Below are positions 29,177 through 39,519 of a DNA stretch of 64,000 nucleotides, piece after piece. How positions within the stretch are numbered: the stretch's first letter is position 1; every line of letters begins with the position of its first letter. The position numbers and the translations under genes are program-made. Source of the DNA: Phycisphaerales bacterium (lineage in GTDB: Bacteria > Planctomycetota > Phycisphaerae > WQYP01); NCBI GenBank assembly GCA_027451365.1, contig DAIDJN010000058.1, forward strand, positions 96,001-160,000. Direction: 5' to 3'. Below the pieces are notes generated by a model, which had not been told where the DNA came from, did no database searches, and saw nothing but the letters and a program-made list of their open reading frames with translations.

Positions 29177-30051
29177 TTAGCCGCTCCGCTGGCGTTTGTG
29201 GCTGGCGATTGGCCGGGAATCAGATTCCCAAACGCCTTAAACGTATTCTGCACGCCATTGCCTAGCGATTTTCCAAGATTACTGGTGCCATTCAGCAAGT
29301 CGCCGGCTCCAGCACCAAGTATGCCGCCCGCAGCCTGCAGTGAATTCCGGAAAGCGGCGGGAATCTGCGGACTTTTAGCCGCTTGAATAGCAATAGCGCT
29401 TAATACCTGACCGAAAAGGTCGGCTATCCGCAGCGGACGGCCATCCGGATTGGTTGGCTGATCAATAACCAGCTTCTTAATGGGAATGGTAATGGGCAAT
29501 CCCTTTTGGCCCGGTATAAGCGAAGGCCGGAAAATGACGGTCAAATGCGTGAGGATCACCTGATTGATCGCAAGTGCTTTGCCGCCAGAAGCAGTTTGCT
29601 GCGTTTTGGATGCCGCCGGCGTAGAAGTTCCGGCGTTGCCCGCCGGCGCTGTATTTTTTTTGATATTGTTCAGGATATCCTGAATGTTGGAATTCAAGCC
29701 GTTTTGATCGAGCGTAACGGTCAGGCCGTCAATGGCAATCGTGGTAATTTGCACCGTTTGGCCCAGAAGCGAGCCAATTTTCACGGTCACTTTGCACGAT
29801 TTCATATCTAACAGGCTCGGATCGCTGAAACCGGCCGGGTTGGCAATATTTAATCCCTTCAACGCCAACGACCCGCCGAGAATATTTAACGCCACCTGAC
29901 TAAGCGTGGCTTTGACGCCCAAAGCCGCAGTGGCGCGGGAATCTACTTGTTCACGGATAATTGCATTTATGGAAAACCAGAGCGCCAGCACAAGAACCAG
30001 AAAAAGCAAAACCACGATGGTAAGTATTTGGCGAAGTCTCTTTTTTTTCAT
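29173..30051 (-). CDS. AsmA-like membrane-anchored periplasmic protein
   Basis: Basic N-terminus plus one TM, then LALKGLNIANPAGFS beta-rich AsmA/DUF748-like pattern. Overlaps the permease start. Confidence 0.6.
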   Translation of the reverse strand: MKKKRLRQILTIVVLLFLVLVLALWFSINAIIREQVDSRATAALGVKATLSQVALNILGGSLALKGLNIANPAGFSDPSLLDMKSCKVTVKIGSLLGQTVQITTIAIDGLTVTLDQNGLNSNIQDILNNIKKNTAPAGNAGTSTPAASKTQQTASGGKALAINQVILTHLTVIFRPSLIPGQKGLPITIPIKKLVIDQPTNPDGRPLRIADLFGQVLSAIAIQAAKSPQIPAAFRNSLQAAGGILGAGAGDLLNGTSNLGKSLGNGVQNTFKAFGNLIPGQSPATNASGAAK

Positions 30052-30462
30052 GGGGCCGTCTCCTGTGACTTTGGCGAATACGAAAATTCAGCCTCTTCAT
30101 ATAATAACAGCACTTTTCAGGAAATGCATGGTGCTGTTTGGCAGGATTTGCGACCACGTGCGGCAAGTCGCCGGTTGCGGCCTGGTAAACGCAGGCCAGC
30201 AGTTGCCTACAGTAACCCAAAAATAGTTTCGCGAGCCACACAAAAGCGACTCTTGCGGCAGTCCCCGGCACGCTGGGGCATTGATGAGAAAGGTTTCGTC
30301 ATATGCCCATGGCCGGCAATTTTGAGTTTAACCTTGGCCGCGAATCCTGGCCGGAGGGGCTTATATCTGCCGCAGGCTCATGAAACCGGTCATCCCAGAT
30401 CGCTCATTTCTCAAGTTTCGATCACGGGGATATCCGCCCGCAAAGGCACCGTACCGCGTGCG

Positions 30463-33273
30463 TCACCGTTTGCCGGTTAATTCCGGCGGGGTGCGTGGGT
30501 TGGTGTGCGGAACGTGTTCGATAATCGCTGGTTCCAAGGCGTCTTCTTCCTCGGTCTGGACTGTCGCGTGATCAAATGCCTTGACGGCTGCTGTTTCATG
30601 TTTGGCTTGAAACACGGCCCAGGCCAAAGCCAGAACGCAGCCCGCCACCACCAGCCATGCGATCCACGGGTGCGGGGAAAGGGGCGTGATGATGGCTCCA
30701 GGCACGCGCGTTTTAAGCAGATTCTGGAAATGCCGGTCAAATGGCAGCAGAAGTGGAACCACCAGCAGGGCCACCATGTTCATCACCTTCAGGAGCGGAT
30801 TGATGGCTGGGCCGGCGGTATCTTTCAACGGGTCGCCAATGGTATCGCCGGTGACGCTGGCCTTGTGTCGTTCCGAGCCTTTGCCGGTATTTCTGAGCAG
30901 ATCACGCGGTTCGTCTTCGATGACCTTTTTGGCGTTGTCCCACGCGCCGCCGCTGTTGGCCATAAAAACCGCAAGAATCTGGCCAGTCAGAATGGCGCCG
31001 GCAAGGAAGCCGGCCAGAGCCTGCACGCCAATTAAAAAGCCGACCAGTACGGGTGCCAGGACCGCCAGAAGGCCTGGGCCAATAAGTTCGCGCTGCGCTT
31101 CAAGCGTGCAAATGCTGACAACGCGACCGTAATCGGGCTTTTTCACACGTGTCCAGATCGCCTTATCGTGAAATTGGAGGCGGCATTCCTGGACAATCAG
31201 GTAAGCCGCCCGTCCGACAGCGCGAATGGCCATGGAACTGAAGAGAAACGGTACCGCGCCGCCAATCAGTAAGCCGACAAAAAGTCGCGGATCGGCCACA
31301 TTCAGAAGGCCGGAAACGGCATTATAAATATTTATATTCAGATGTGATTGATCAGATCCGCCGCCACTGCCCACAATGATAATGAAAGAGGCGAAAAGGC
31401 TCAGGGCGGCCACCACGGCGCTGCCAATGGCGATGCCTTTGGTAATGGCTTTGGTGGTGTTGCCGGTGGCATCAAGATCCGCAAGTACCTGGCGGGCCTG
31501 CCGGTAGTTGGTTTCGCCCATTTCATCGGGGTCAAAACCCATTTCGCCAATGCCGTTGGCATTGTCGGCGACCGGACCAAAGACATCCATGCTCAGTGTA
31601 TTGCCGGTAAGGGTAAGCATTCCGATTCCGCACATCGCCACGCCGTAGGCGACGAAAATGGGATTTGTGCCCGCGAAAATCAGCACGCTGGAAATCACTG
31701 CGCCGGCGATAATAAGGGCTGCCCAGACACTGCTTTCCATGCCCACGGCCAGGCCTTGGATAATATTGGTCGCGTGCCCTGTATCGCAGGCCCGGACAAG
31801 CGTTTTAACCGGCGGATGCTGTGTACCGGTAAAATATTCCGTACACCAGTTGAGCACCAGCGCCAGCATAATACCGCACAAGGTGGCTTCCGCGGGCCGC
31901 CAATCCAGTCCGGCGATTCCAAAGTTCGCCCACCATGGGGCGTGAGCCTCTACCTTCGCAAGGACCGAATTAGCCTGCAAGGCCGCAGGTGAAAGCCGGA
32001 AATAGAAAAAGCCAAGAGTCAAAAAACCAACCGTGCTCAGCGCCGCGCCAAGCCGGAAGCCAAATGTGATGGATTTCATGGCTCTGTCCACTCCGCTTTG
32101 TCCGGCACTCCCCTTGTCCGCGCGAACACTCCAGGTGGAGAACATATCCGAGCAGACGCCAATGGCCCGCACGAGCAGGGGAAACATCACGCCGATGTGT
32201 CCAAATGCGGCCCAGCCCAATATCATGGCCGCGACCATGGTGACTTCATAGCTTTCAAAAATATCGGCGGCCATACCTGCGCAGTCACCGACATTATCAC
32301 CGACATTGTCGGCGATGGTGGCGGCATTACGCGGGTCATCTTCGGGAATGTCCTTTTCGATTTTTCCAACAAGGTCCGCACCCACATCGGCGGCCTTGGT
32401 GTAAATGCCCCCGCCCACGCGCATAAAAAGTGCCAGAAGCGTGCCACCAAAGCCGAATCCAAGCAGGGCTTCAGGAGCGCGGTCTCCAAAGTACATAAAA
32501 ATAACGGTAGCACCGAGTAACCCCAACGCATCGGTTAACATGCCGGTAACCGTTCCGGTGCGATACCCGATCTGCATGGCTCGACCGAAACCTTCCCTGG
32601 CGGCGGCCGCCACACGCAGATTGCCACGGGTGGCCATGAACATGCCGATGGTACCGACAACCATTGAAAACAACGACCCCATGAGAAATGCAATACCCCG
32701 ACCAAACGGCAGACTGATGCCCGCGGCGGTATTCCATTTGGCAGTCAAAATGAGGATCAGTGTGACGATTATTATAATCGGAAAAAGCGTTCGCCGCTGC
32801 CGCTTAAGATAGGCCTGTGCGCCTTCGCGAATCGCCATTGCGACTTCCTGCATTTTCGGCGTGCCGCGGTCCGATTTACGCACGAAGCGCGTCAGAAAGC
32901 CCGCGTAAACCAGGCCGAGCAAAGCCACTCCGAGCACGAGGAACAAGGCGACCCGTTCATAGGGTGCAAAACTGGACGACCACAAAAAGCCGAAGGGCAC
33001 AAAATGATGAGATGCGGCAGTCGGCGATGCGGCAGCGGTGGCGGGTGTCACGGTGGCAAGGGGCAAGTATCCGGCGCGGGCCAGTTCCACCATGACCAGC
33101 AGGCCAATGGTGGCCAGCATAAGCAGGCCGGTCTTGCTCGCAAATGCGCGCAATAAGTTTCTGGTCAATCCGGGACCGGCGCGCGGTCCTGGAGATGTCT
33201 GTTTCACAGAGGCATGTGATGTGTTGCCTCGATGGTCATCTTCCGAAGAGGCTTTTGGTTTCTGATGAAACAT
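30463..33273 (-). CDS. hppA: Membrane-bound proton-translocating pyrophosphatase (K+-independent type)
   Basis: GGGIYTKAADVGADLVGKIE, EDDPRN, DNVGDNVGD, GNTTKA, GGAWDNAKK, GDTIGDPLKDT. AGGAG RBS before 33273. Confidence 0.95.
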   Translation of the reverse strand: MFHQKPKASSEDDHRGNTSHASVKQTSPGPRAGPGLTRNLLRAFASKTGLLMLATIGLLVMVELARAGYLPLATVTPATAAASPTAASHHFVPFGFLWSSSFAPYERVALFLVLGVALLGLVYAGFLTRFVRKSDRGTPKMQEVAMAIREGAQAYLKRQRRTLFPIIIIVTLILILTAKWNTAAGISLPFGRGIAFLMGSLFSMVVGTIGMFMATRGNLRVAAAAREGFGRAMQIGYRTGTVTGMLTDALGLLGATVIFMYFGDRAPEALLGFGFGGTLLALFMRVGGGIYTKAADVGADLVGKIEKDIPEDDPRNAATIADNVGDNVGDCAGMAADIFESYEVTMVAAMILGWAAFGHIGVMFPLLVRAIGVCSDMFSTWSVRADKGSAGQSGVDRAMKSITFGFRLGAALSTVGFLTLGFFYFRLSPAALQANSVLAKVEAHAPWWANFGIAGLDWRPAEATLCGIMLALVLNWCTEYFTGTQHPPVKTLVRACDTGHATNIIQGLAVGMESSVWAALIIAGAVISSVLIFAGTNPIFVAYGVAMCGIGMLTLTGNTLSMDVFGPVADNANGIGEMGFDPDEMGETNYRQARQVLADLDATGNTTKAITKGIAIGSAVVAALSLFASFIIIVGSGGGSDQSHLNINIYNAVSGLLNVADPRLFVGLLIGGAVPFLFSSMAIRAVGRAAYLIVQECRLQFHDKAIWTRVKKPDYGRVVSICTLEAQRELIGPGLLAVLAPVLVGFLIGVQALAGFLAGAILTGQILAVFMANSGGAWDNAKKVIEDEPRDLLRNTGKGSERHKASVTGDTIGDPLKDTAGPAINPLLKVMNMVALLVVPLLLPFDRHFQNLLKTRVPGAIITPLSPHPWIAWLVVAGCVLALAWAVFQAKHETAAVKAFDHATVQTEEEDALEPAIIEHVPHTNPRTPPELTGKR

Positions 33274-33637
33274 GATGTTAAATCTCCTGTACTGACGCAG
33301 CGCAACTGACGCCAACCGCATCCGCTGTCGGAATCATTTCAAATGACCCGCGACATCGGCTAACCGTTCGCCACCAGAATCAGACTAAGGTGTCAGGTTT
33401 CGGTTGGGCATCAAAGAAAGGCCTTAACTTCTACCAGCAAGCGGGCATGAATTCCCATAAGGAAATTCCCTAGGTCAGTGGCTGAAATATTGGGATTGTA
33501 GAATGCGGTAATCCGTGCGCGATACCGCGGACAGCAGGTGAATCTGATGATCCCGGAAATAGACGGCCTGGTGGGGTGGACGCATTAAATCTCGCGAAAT
33601 GACCCAGCGGCACCCCGACGAGTGTGATTGCACATCG

Positions 33638-34321
33638 CTATCCCGCCACCGTCGGGGAGGTCGTGCACCGTTGCCTTTTCTGCAGGCTGTTGTGTGTCAG
33701 CCAATTCAGCCAGGGGGCAATGTGATTCTCACGGACAGAAATTTCCAGCAATGGCGCAGCGGCATTCAAATGCGCCACATCGGAGCGAAATTGTGGGAGA
33801 TTAAAGGGTATATATTGCAGGAGGTCCGTTTTATTAAGCAACAAGGCTCCGGCCACTAGAGATACATGCGGGTGTTTGGCGGCTTTGTCGTCTCCCTGGC
33901 AGACACTGAACATTCCAATTTTTACGTGCTGGCCAAGGTCAAATCCAACCGGACAGATCAAGTTGCCGACATTTTCAATAAATAGAACATCCAGGCTCTT
34001 AAGGTCAAGCCGCGTGATTGCCTGGCGTACCTGATTGGCGTCCAGATGGCAGCCATTGCCGGTGTTTATCTGAACCACATTGTCACAATATTTCGCCAGA
34101 CGATCCCCGTCGCGACTGGTGGCCGGGTCGCCCGCTAGAACGCCGATTTCAAGAATGCCGCTAAGCTTTTCGAGAGTGGCTTCAAGCAACGCAGTTTTTC
34201 CGCAGCCCGGCGCGCCAATTAAATCTACGACATAGACGCCGGCTTGGTCGAATTTAAGACGATTCTGCATGGCGATTTCGTCATTTAACTTCAGCACATT
34301 TTCAACAACAGGCACTTTCAT
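33638..34321 (-). CDS. hypB: Hydrogenase nickel incorporation GTPase HypB
   Basis: GAPGCGKT, QINTGNGCHLDA, ENVGNLICP, NKTD. Confidence 0.95.
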   Translation of the reverse strand: MKVPVVENVLKLNDEIAMQNRLKFDQAGVYVVDLIGAPGCGKTALLEATLEKLSGILEIGVLAGDPATSRDGDRLAKYCDNVVQINTGNGCHLDANQVRQAITRLDLKSLDVLFIENVGNLICPVGFDLGQHVKIGMFSVCQGDDKAAKHPHVSLVAGALLLNKTDLLQYIPFNLPQFRSDVAHLNAAAPLLEISVRENHIAPWLNWLTHNSLQKRQRCTTSPTVAG

Positions 34322-34333
34322 AAGCAACTCCTT

Positions 34334-34753
34334 TTAGTTAAGAGCCCCGGCCGGAAATTCACCGGTCGGATGTTCGCCGTCATATCCCGGCGTTTCGGCG
34401 GTTTCGGCCAGGCGTTCCACATCGCAGGCAATAATTTCCAATTCGCGTCCGGCAATCGTGCGACCCGCACCGGCTCCGCAAAAGCAGGCTGTGATCTGGC
34501 AGGCCGCATCGGCAGGTTCCCATTCGTTTCCACACCTGTCACAGCGAAGCCGCCATGGGACTCTCTCAATATGCAAGGCGGCATCGGGCCGGCCGGCGGC
34601 GGTAAGCAGGGCATGCCAGCCGAAGCCCAGAGAATCGTTATCAATTCCCTGCAAGGCACCTATTCGCAGTTCGACGCTGACCAGTTCCGAGCCTGGCGGC
34701 ATTTGCTGCGCAAGAATATTCAGAATGGATTCGGCGATGGAAAGTTCATGCAT
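34334..34753 (-). CDS. hypA: Hydrogenase nickel metallochaperone HypA
   Basis: Starts MHELSIA; CDRC Zn motif; GRELEI; GGAGG RBS. Confidence 0.9.
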   Translation of the reverse strand: MHELSIAESILNILAQQMPPGSELVSVELRIGALQGIDNDSLGFGWHALLTAAGRPDAALHIERVPWRLRCDRCGNEWEPADAACQITACFCGAGAGRTIAGRELEIIACDVERLAETAETPGYDGEHPTGEFPAGALN

Positions 34754-34785
34754 GGCGTACCTCCTGGATTGCGCTGCGGAGACTG

Positions 34786-35784
34786 CTAATCCCGCGACCA
34801 ATTTTGCAGAATGTGAATGTAATTGGTGCGTTCATGCAATTCCGGCCTTGGCATGCGGGCGAGGCTCATAACCCCCTGCAATTCCGAAAGAGATTGATAT
34901 TCGTGTTGTTCCATCCATTCGGCCATTTTCTTATGTACCATGGTCAGATGCCGGGGGCCCTGTTTCAGGAGGGCGGAAACCATTTGCATCGCGCCGGCAC
35001 CGGCCATAATTCCCTTGATGGCGTCGGCCGCGGTATGCACACCACCGGTAATGGCGATATCAGACTTGATATGTCCATACATTGCTGCGGTCCAGCGTAT
35101 ACGCAGCAGCAGGTCATCAGAAGTTGACAATTGAAGTGACGGCATCGGAGCGAGTTCCTCAATGTCAATATTGGCCTGATAAAAGCGGTTGAAAAGCACC
35201 ACGGCATTGACATCGCACTGGGCGACGCGGCGGGCGAAATTGACGGGCGAGGTATAAAACGGCGAGAGTTTCACCGCCAGGGGAATAGTGACAGCATTGC
35301 GCACCGCACGAATTATATCCAGAGAATCTTCTTCCAGGCGGGCGGCGGTTCGCTGGCCATCTATGGGCATATCATAAATATTCAATTCCAGCCCGTCGGC
35401 ACCGGCTTCTTGGATCATGCGGGCATAGCTGACCCATCCGCCTGCGCTGTAGCCATTGAGTGAAGCAATCACCGGCACGGAAACCGCCGATTTGACCTTC
35501 CATATATGGCGCAGATATTCCTCCGGGCCCAGACGGAACTCTTCCGGTCGGGGCAGAAAAGTACTGGCCTCAAAATTGGAATAGTCGGCATGTTCCATTG
35601 CCCAGTTCAAAGACACCTGTTCTTTGATAAGCTGCTCTTCAAATATGGAATACATGATCAACATGGGGGCGCCGGCATCTTCCAGGCGGCGAACCACGTC
35701 CAGGTTATTGACCAGCGGCGAAGCGCCGGGAATAATCGGGCTGTTTAAAATAAAGCCCATGTATGTTGTCGACATGTCAGTCAT
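34786..35784 (-). CDS. Dihydroorotate dehydrogenase-like FMN protein (PFOR-associated)
   Basis: VPVIASLNG, GADGLELN, LAVKLSP, LFNRFYQ, ITGGVH. Lies directly after nifJ. Confidence 0.85.
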   Translation of the reverse strand: MTDMSTTYMGFILNSPIIPGASPLVNNLDVVRRLEDAGAPMLIMYSIFEEQLIKEQVSLNWAMEHADYSNFEASTFLPRPEEFRLGPEEYLRHIWKVKSAVSVPVIASLNGYSAGGWVSYARMIQEAGADGLELNIYDMPIDGQRTAARLEEDSLDIIRAVRNAVTIPLAVKLSPFYTSPVNFARRVAQCDVNAVVLFNRFYQANIDIEELAPMPSLQLSTSDDLLLRIRWTAAMYGHIKSDIAITGGVHTAADAIKGIMAGAGAMQMVSALLKQGPRHLTMVHKKMAEWMEQHEYQSLSELQGVMSLARMPRPELHERTNYIHILQNWSRD

Positions 35785-35838
35785 AAAGCACACTCCTTGT
35801 TTCTCCTTGGCCGCATCGGCTTCATCCGGAGCGGGACC

Positions 35839-38800
35839 CTACGCTTTAACTGCCCCATCATTGTTTGTCCGGCCATCGAATCCGGTTTTAATCGCCGGTG
35901 ATGCGGAACTCGCATCAAGTGACGCCGCAGCATCCGGCGAGGGCGCGGTATCCTGCGGAAGCACAATGCGAGCCAGTTCGCGGTACAGGGCAACGCGCTG
36001 CAACGTGTTGCGAACCGCCTGATCAGCCAGCAGATGGAAACGGTCTGAATCCATCTTTTCTACCATGGCAAAGCGCGTTTCATTTTGCATGTAATCCAGG
36101 GCGCTGCCGCGAAGAACCGTTGCATCTAACTGTAGCGGTGCCTTGCCCTGGTCCACTAGACGTGGATCGTAGCGGTACAATGGCCATACGCCGCTCTCCA
36201 CAGCCCGCTTCTGCTGATCGGCACCCATTCGCAGATCATATCCATGGGCAATGCAATGGCTGTAAGCAATGATCAGAGATGGACCATGGAAAGAAGCGGC
36301 CTCGCTGAAGGCCTTAACGGTTTGATTGTCGTTGGCACCAAAAGCCACGCTGGCCACATAGGCGTGACGGTAGCTCATGGCCATAAGCCCCAGGTCTTTT
36401 TTGGCAGTGCCTTTGCCGGCGGAAGCATATTTTGCGGCCGCAGCCAATGGCGTACTCTTGGAACTTTGTCCGCCGGTGTTGGAATAAACTTCCGTGTCCA
36501 GCACCAGAACGTTGATATCAAAAGGCAGGCTTAATACATGATCCAGTCCGCCGTAGTCAATATCGTAGGCCCACCCATCGCCGCCTACAATCCAGATGCT
36601 TTTATGGACAAGGTAATCGGCCAGTTGTGCCAGAACAACAGACGGATTGCCAGGAATGGTGGCCAGCGCTTGGCGAAGTGCTTTCACGCGCTGCCGCTGT
36701 TCCGCGATTTGCTGTTCGGTGGATTGCGGGCTGTCAAGCAACTGGTCAACAAGCTGACTGCCGAGCAACCCCCCCAATTCGGTGAGAAGTCTGCGGGCAT
36801 GATTCATATGTTCAAGAACACCAAGGCGAATGCCCAGTCCGAATTCAGCATTGTCTTCAAAAAGAGAATTGCTCCAGGCCGGACCGCGGCCATCGCGATT
36901 TTTCGTATAGGGCGTCGTGGGCAGATTTCCGCCGTAAATCGATGAACAGCCGGTGGCATTGGCGATGATCAAACGGTCGCCAAACAATTGGCTAAGAAGT
37001 TTGATGTAAGGCGTTTCACCGCAGCCGGCACAGGCTCCGGAATATTCAAACAGAGGAAGTAGAAACTGGCTGGATTTGGCGTCAAGCCGGGTTATGCGGC
37101 TGCGGTCAACCTCCGGAATATTCAGGAAAAAGTCATAATTTAAGCGTTCCTGATCGCGCCGCTCGCGTTGGGGCATCAAGTTGATGGCTTTGTGCTTGGG
37201 ATTGGTGCGGTCTTTGGCGGGGCATACCTGCACGCACAGCCCGCAACCGGTGCAATCTTCCGGCGCTACCTGCAATGTATAGGTAAGACCGCGCATATCC
37301 GGTGCTTTGTAGGGCACGCCAAGAAAACTTTCCGGCGCATTGGATGCTTGCGCGGCCTCATATACCTTGGCGCGAATGGCGGCATGTGGACAGACAAAAG
37401 CACACTTGTTGCATTGAATGCAGACTTCCGGTTCCCAGACGGGAATTTCTGCCGCAATATTGCGTTTTTCCCAGCGGGTTGTTCCGGTCGGCCAGGTGCC
37501 ATCAACGGGGAAGGCGCTGACCGGCAGAAGGTCGCCTTTGCCGGCCATCATGACGCTCTGGACGCGCCGGGTAAAATCATCCATTCGTTCATCGGCGAAA
37601 CCGGTTTGATGCAGTTGAGAAGTCGCCGTTTGCGGCACCCGAATCGCGTGGAGATTCTCCAGAGATTTATCGACGGCCTGAAAATTCCTTTTCACCACTT
37701 CTTCGCCACGTTTGGCGTAGGTTTTTTCAATTGAATGTTTGATGGCGGCTATAGCTTCGGGTCGCTCGAGCACACCGGAAATCGCGAAAAAGCAGGTCTG
37801 CATGACCGTATTGATGCGTCCGCCCATGCCGGCTTGGCGCGCGACTTTTCCCGCATCAATGGCATAGAGTTTCAAATGTCGTTCTATAATTGTGCGCTGA
37901 ATCTCCACCGGCAACGCGCCCCACACATCTTCGGGCGCAAGCGGAGCATTTATCAGAAAAACGCCCCCATTTTCCGCAGCTTCCAGAATGTCCATCTTTT
38001 CCAGGAATTCAAATTGATGGCAAGCGATAAAATTCGCGCGGCGAATCAGATAGGGGGCCTTGATCGGTTCGGGTCCGAACCGCAGATGCGATATGGTCAT
38101 GGCTCCTGATTTTTTTGAATCGTAGACAAAATAACCCTGCGCGTGAAGCGTGGTTTCATCACCAATGATCTTTATGGAGTTTTTATTTGCACCCACGGTT
38201 CCGTCGGCACCCAGGCCGAAAAACATCGCCTTGACCACCTTGGGCGATTCAATATCAAAATCGTTGTCCACAGCCAAAGACAAATGGGTGACATCGTCGT
38301 TAATGCCAACGGTGAAGCGCCGCAACGGATGTTCCTTTGCCAGTTCATCCAGTACCGCTTTGACCATGGCGGGGGTGAATTCCTTGCTCGAAAGCCCATA
38401 TCGACCGCCGATCACCTCTGGCATATTGCCCATTGGCAGAACGAAGCTTTGCGCAGCCTCGTGCAGAGCAGCCACAACATCCTGATAAAGCGGCTCGCCA
38501 ACAGCGCCGGGTTCCTTGGTTCGATCCAGCACCGCGATGCGTTTTGTAGAAGCGGGAAGCGCCGCCACGAATTGATCCACCACAAAGGGACGATAAAGCC
38601 GGACCAGCACACAACCAACTTTGGCACCGCGTTCCGCCAGATACCGAACAGTTTCGGCTGCGGTCTGGGCTCCGCTGCCCATCGCGACTACAACGCGATC
38701 GGCCCGGGGATCGCCTGCATATTCATAAGCCTGATAGGATCGGCCTGTAAGCTCCGCAAAACGCTTCATCTCTTCAGGAATAATGGCTGAGAGTTGATTA

Positions 38801-39519
38801 TAAAAAGTATTGCACGCCTCACGCGCCTGAAAAAAGGTATCCGGATTTTGTGCCGTACCGCGTAATACGGGCTTGTCCGGTGTAAGCGCCCGATTGCGAT
38901 GCGCATCCACCCATTCTTGACGAACGATGCCCCTGAGGTCTTCATCGGCGAGCATCTGGACGCGATTGAGTTCATGCGAAGTCCGGAATCCGTCAAAAAA
39001 ATGAACGAACGGAATTCGTGAACGGAGCGTGCACGCGGTACTGATTGCCGCCAGATCGTGTGCTTCCTGAACACTTGTTCCGCCTAAAATGGCAAAGCCG
39101 GTCTGGCGGCAGGCCATAATGTCCGAATGATCCCCAAAAATCGAAAGTCCATGGGTCGCAAGGCTGCGCGCCGCCACGTGCATGACAAAGCTGGTAAGTT
39201 CGCCGGCTATTTTGTACATATTGGGAATCATCAAAAGCAGACCCTGCGAAGCGGTGAATGTGGTGCAAATGGCACCGGCGCTTAAGCCGCCATGGACGGC
39301 ACCGATGGCACCGCCTTCACTTTGCATTTCCACCACAGTGGGGATTCCTCCCCATATATTCGTGCGGTGGCGCGTGGCCCAGTCATCGGCCAGTTCTCCC
39401 ATGTTGCTGGAAGGGGTAATCGGATAAATGGCCGCCAATTCACTTGTGCGAAACGCGACGCTTGCCGCAGCTTCATTGCCATCAATGGTGATGCTCTTTT
39501 GATTCGGTCTAATTGTCAT
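35839..39519 (-). CDS. nifJ: Pyruvate:ferredoxin (flavodoxin) oxidoreductase
   Basis: DGNEAAA, YPITPSS, MQSEGGA, GLGADGTVGANKN, two 4Fe-4S motifs (CIQCNKC..CP, CTGCGLC..CP), GACAGCGE, GGDGWAYDI, YSNTGGQ. Confidence 0.97.
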   Translation of the reverse strand: MTIRPNQKSITIDGNEAAASVAFRTSELAAIYPITPSSNMGELADDWATRHRTNIWGGIPTVVEMQSEGGAIGAVHGGLSAGAICTTFTASQGLLLMIPNMYKIAGELTSFVMHVAARSLATHGLSIFGDHSDIMACRQTGFAILGGTSVQEAHDLAAISTACTLRSRIPFVHFFDGFRTSHELNRVQMLADEDLRGIVRQEWVDAHRNRALTPDKPVLRGTAQNPDTFFQAREACNTFYNQLSAIIPEEMKRFAELTGRSYQAYEYAGDPRADRVVVAMGSGAQTAAETVRYLAERGAKVGCVLVRLYRPFVVDQFVAALPASTKRIAVLDRTKEPGAVGEPLYQDVVAALHEAAQSFVLPMGNMPEVIGGRYGLSSKEFTPAMVKAVLDELAKEHPLRRFTVGINDDVTHLSLAVDNDFDIESPKVVKAMFFGLGADGTVGANKNSIKIIGDETTLHAQGYFVYDSKKSGAMTISHLRFGPEPIKAPYLIRRANFIACHQFEFLEKMDILEAAENGGVFLINAPLAPEDVWGALPVEIQRTIIERHLKLYAIDAGKVARQAGMGGRINTVMQTCFFAISGVLERPEAIAAIKHSIEKTYAKRGEEVVKRNFQAVDKSLENLHAIRVPQTATSQLHQTGFADERMDDFTRRVQSVMMAGKGDLLPVSAFPVDGTWPTGTTRWEKRNIAAEIPVWEPEVCIQCNKCAFVCPHAAIRAKVYEAAQASNAPESFLGVPYKAPDMRGLTYTLQVAPEDCTGCGLCVQVCPAKDRTNPKHKAINLMPQRERRDQERLNYDFFLNIPEVDRSRITRLDAKSSQFLLPLFEYSGACAGCGETPYIKLLSQLFGDRLIIANATGCSSIYGGNLPTTPYTKNRDGRGPAWSNSLFEDNAEFGLGIRLGVLEHMNHARRLLTELGGLLGSQLVDQLLDSPQSTEQQIAEQRQRVKALRQALATIPGNPSVVLAQLADYLVHKSIWIVGGDGWAYDIDYGGLDHVLSLPFDINVLVLDTEVYSNTGGQSSKSTPLAAAAKYASAGKGTAKKDLGLMAMSYRHAYVASVAFGANDNQTVKAFSEAASFHGPSLIIAYSHCIAHGYDLRMGADQQKRAVESGVWPLYRYDPRLVDQGKAPLQLDATVLRGSALDYMQNETRFAMVEKMDSDRFHLLADQAVRNTLQRVALYRELARIVLPQDTAPSPDAAASLDASSASPAIKTGFDGRTNNDGAVKA

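Noticed and set aside
33490..33556. Fluoride riboswitch near hppA (CTGATGA-TCCC)
   Set aside because: It is on the wrong strand for hppA and lacks the 5' GGNGATGG..CC element.
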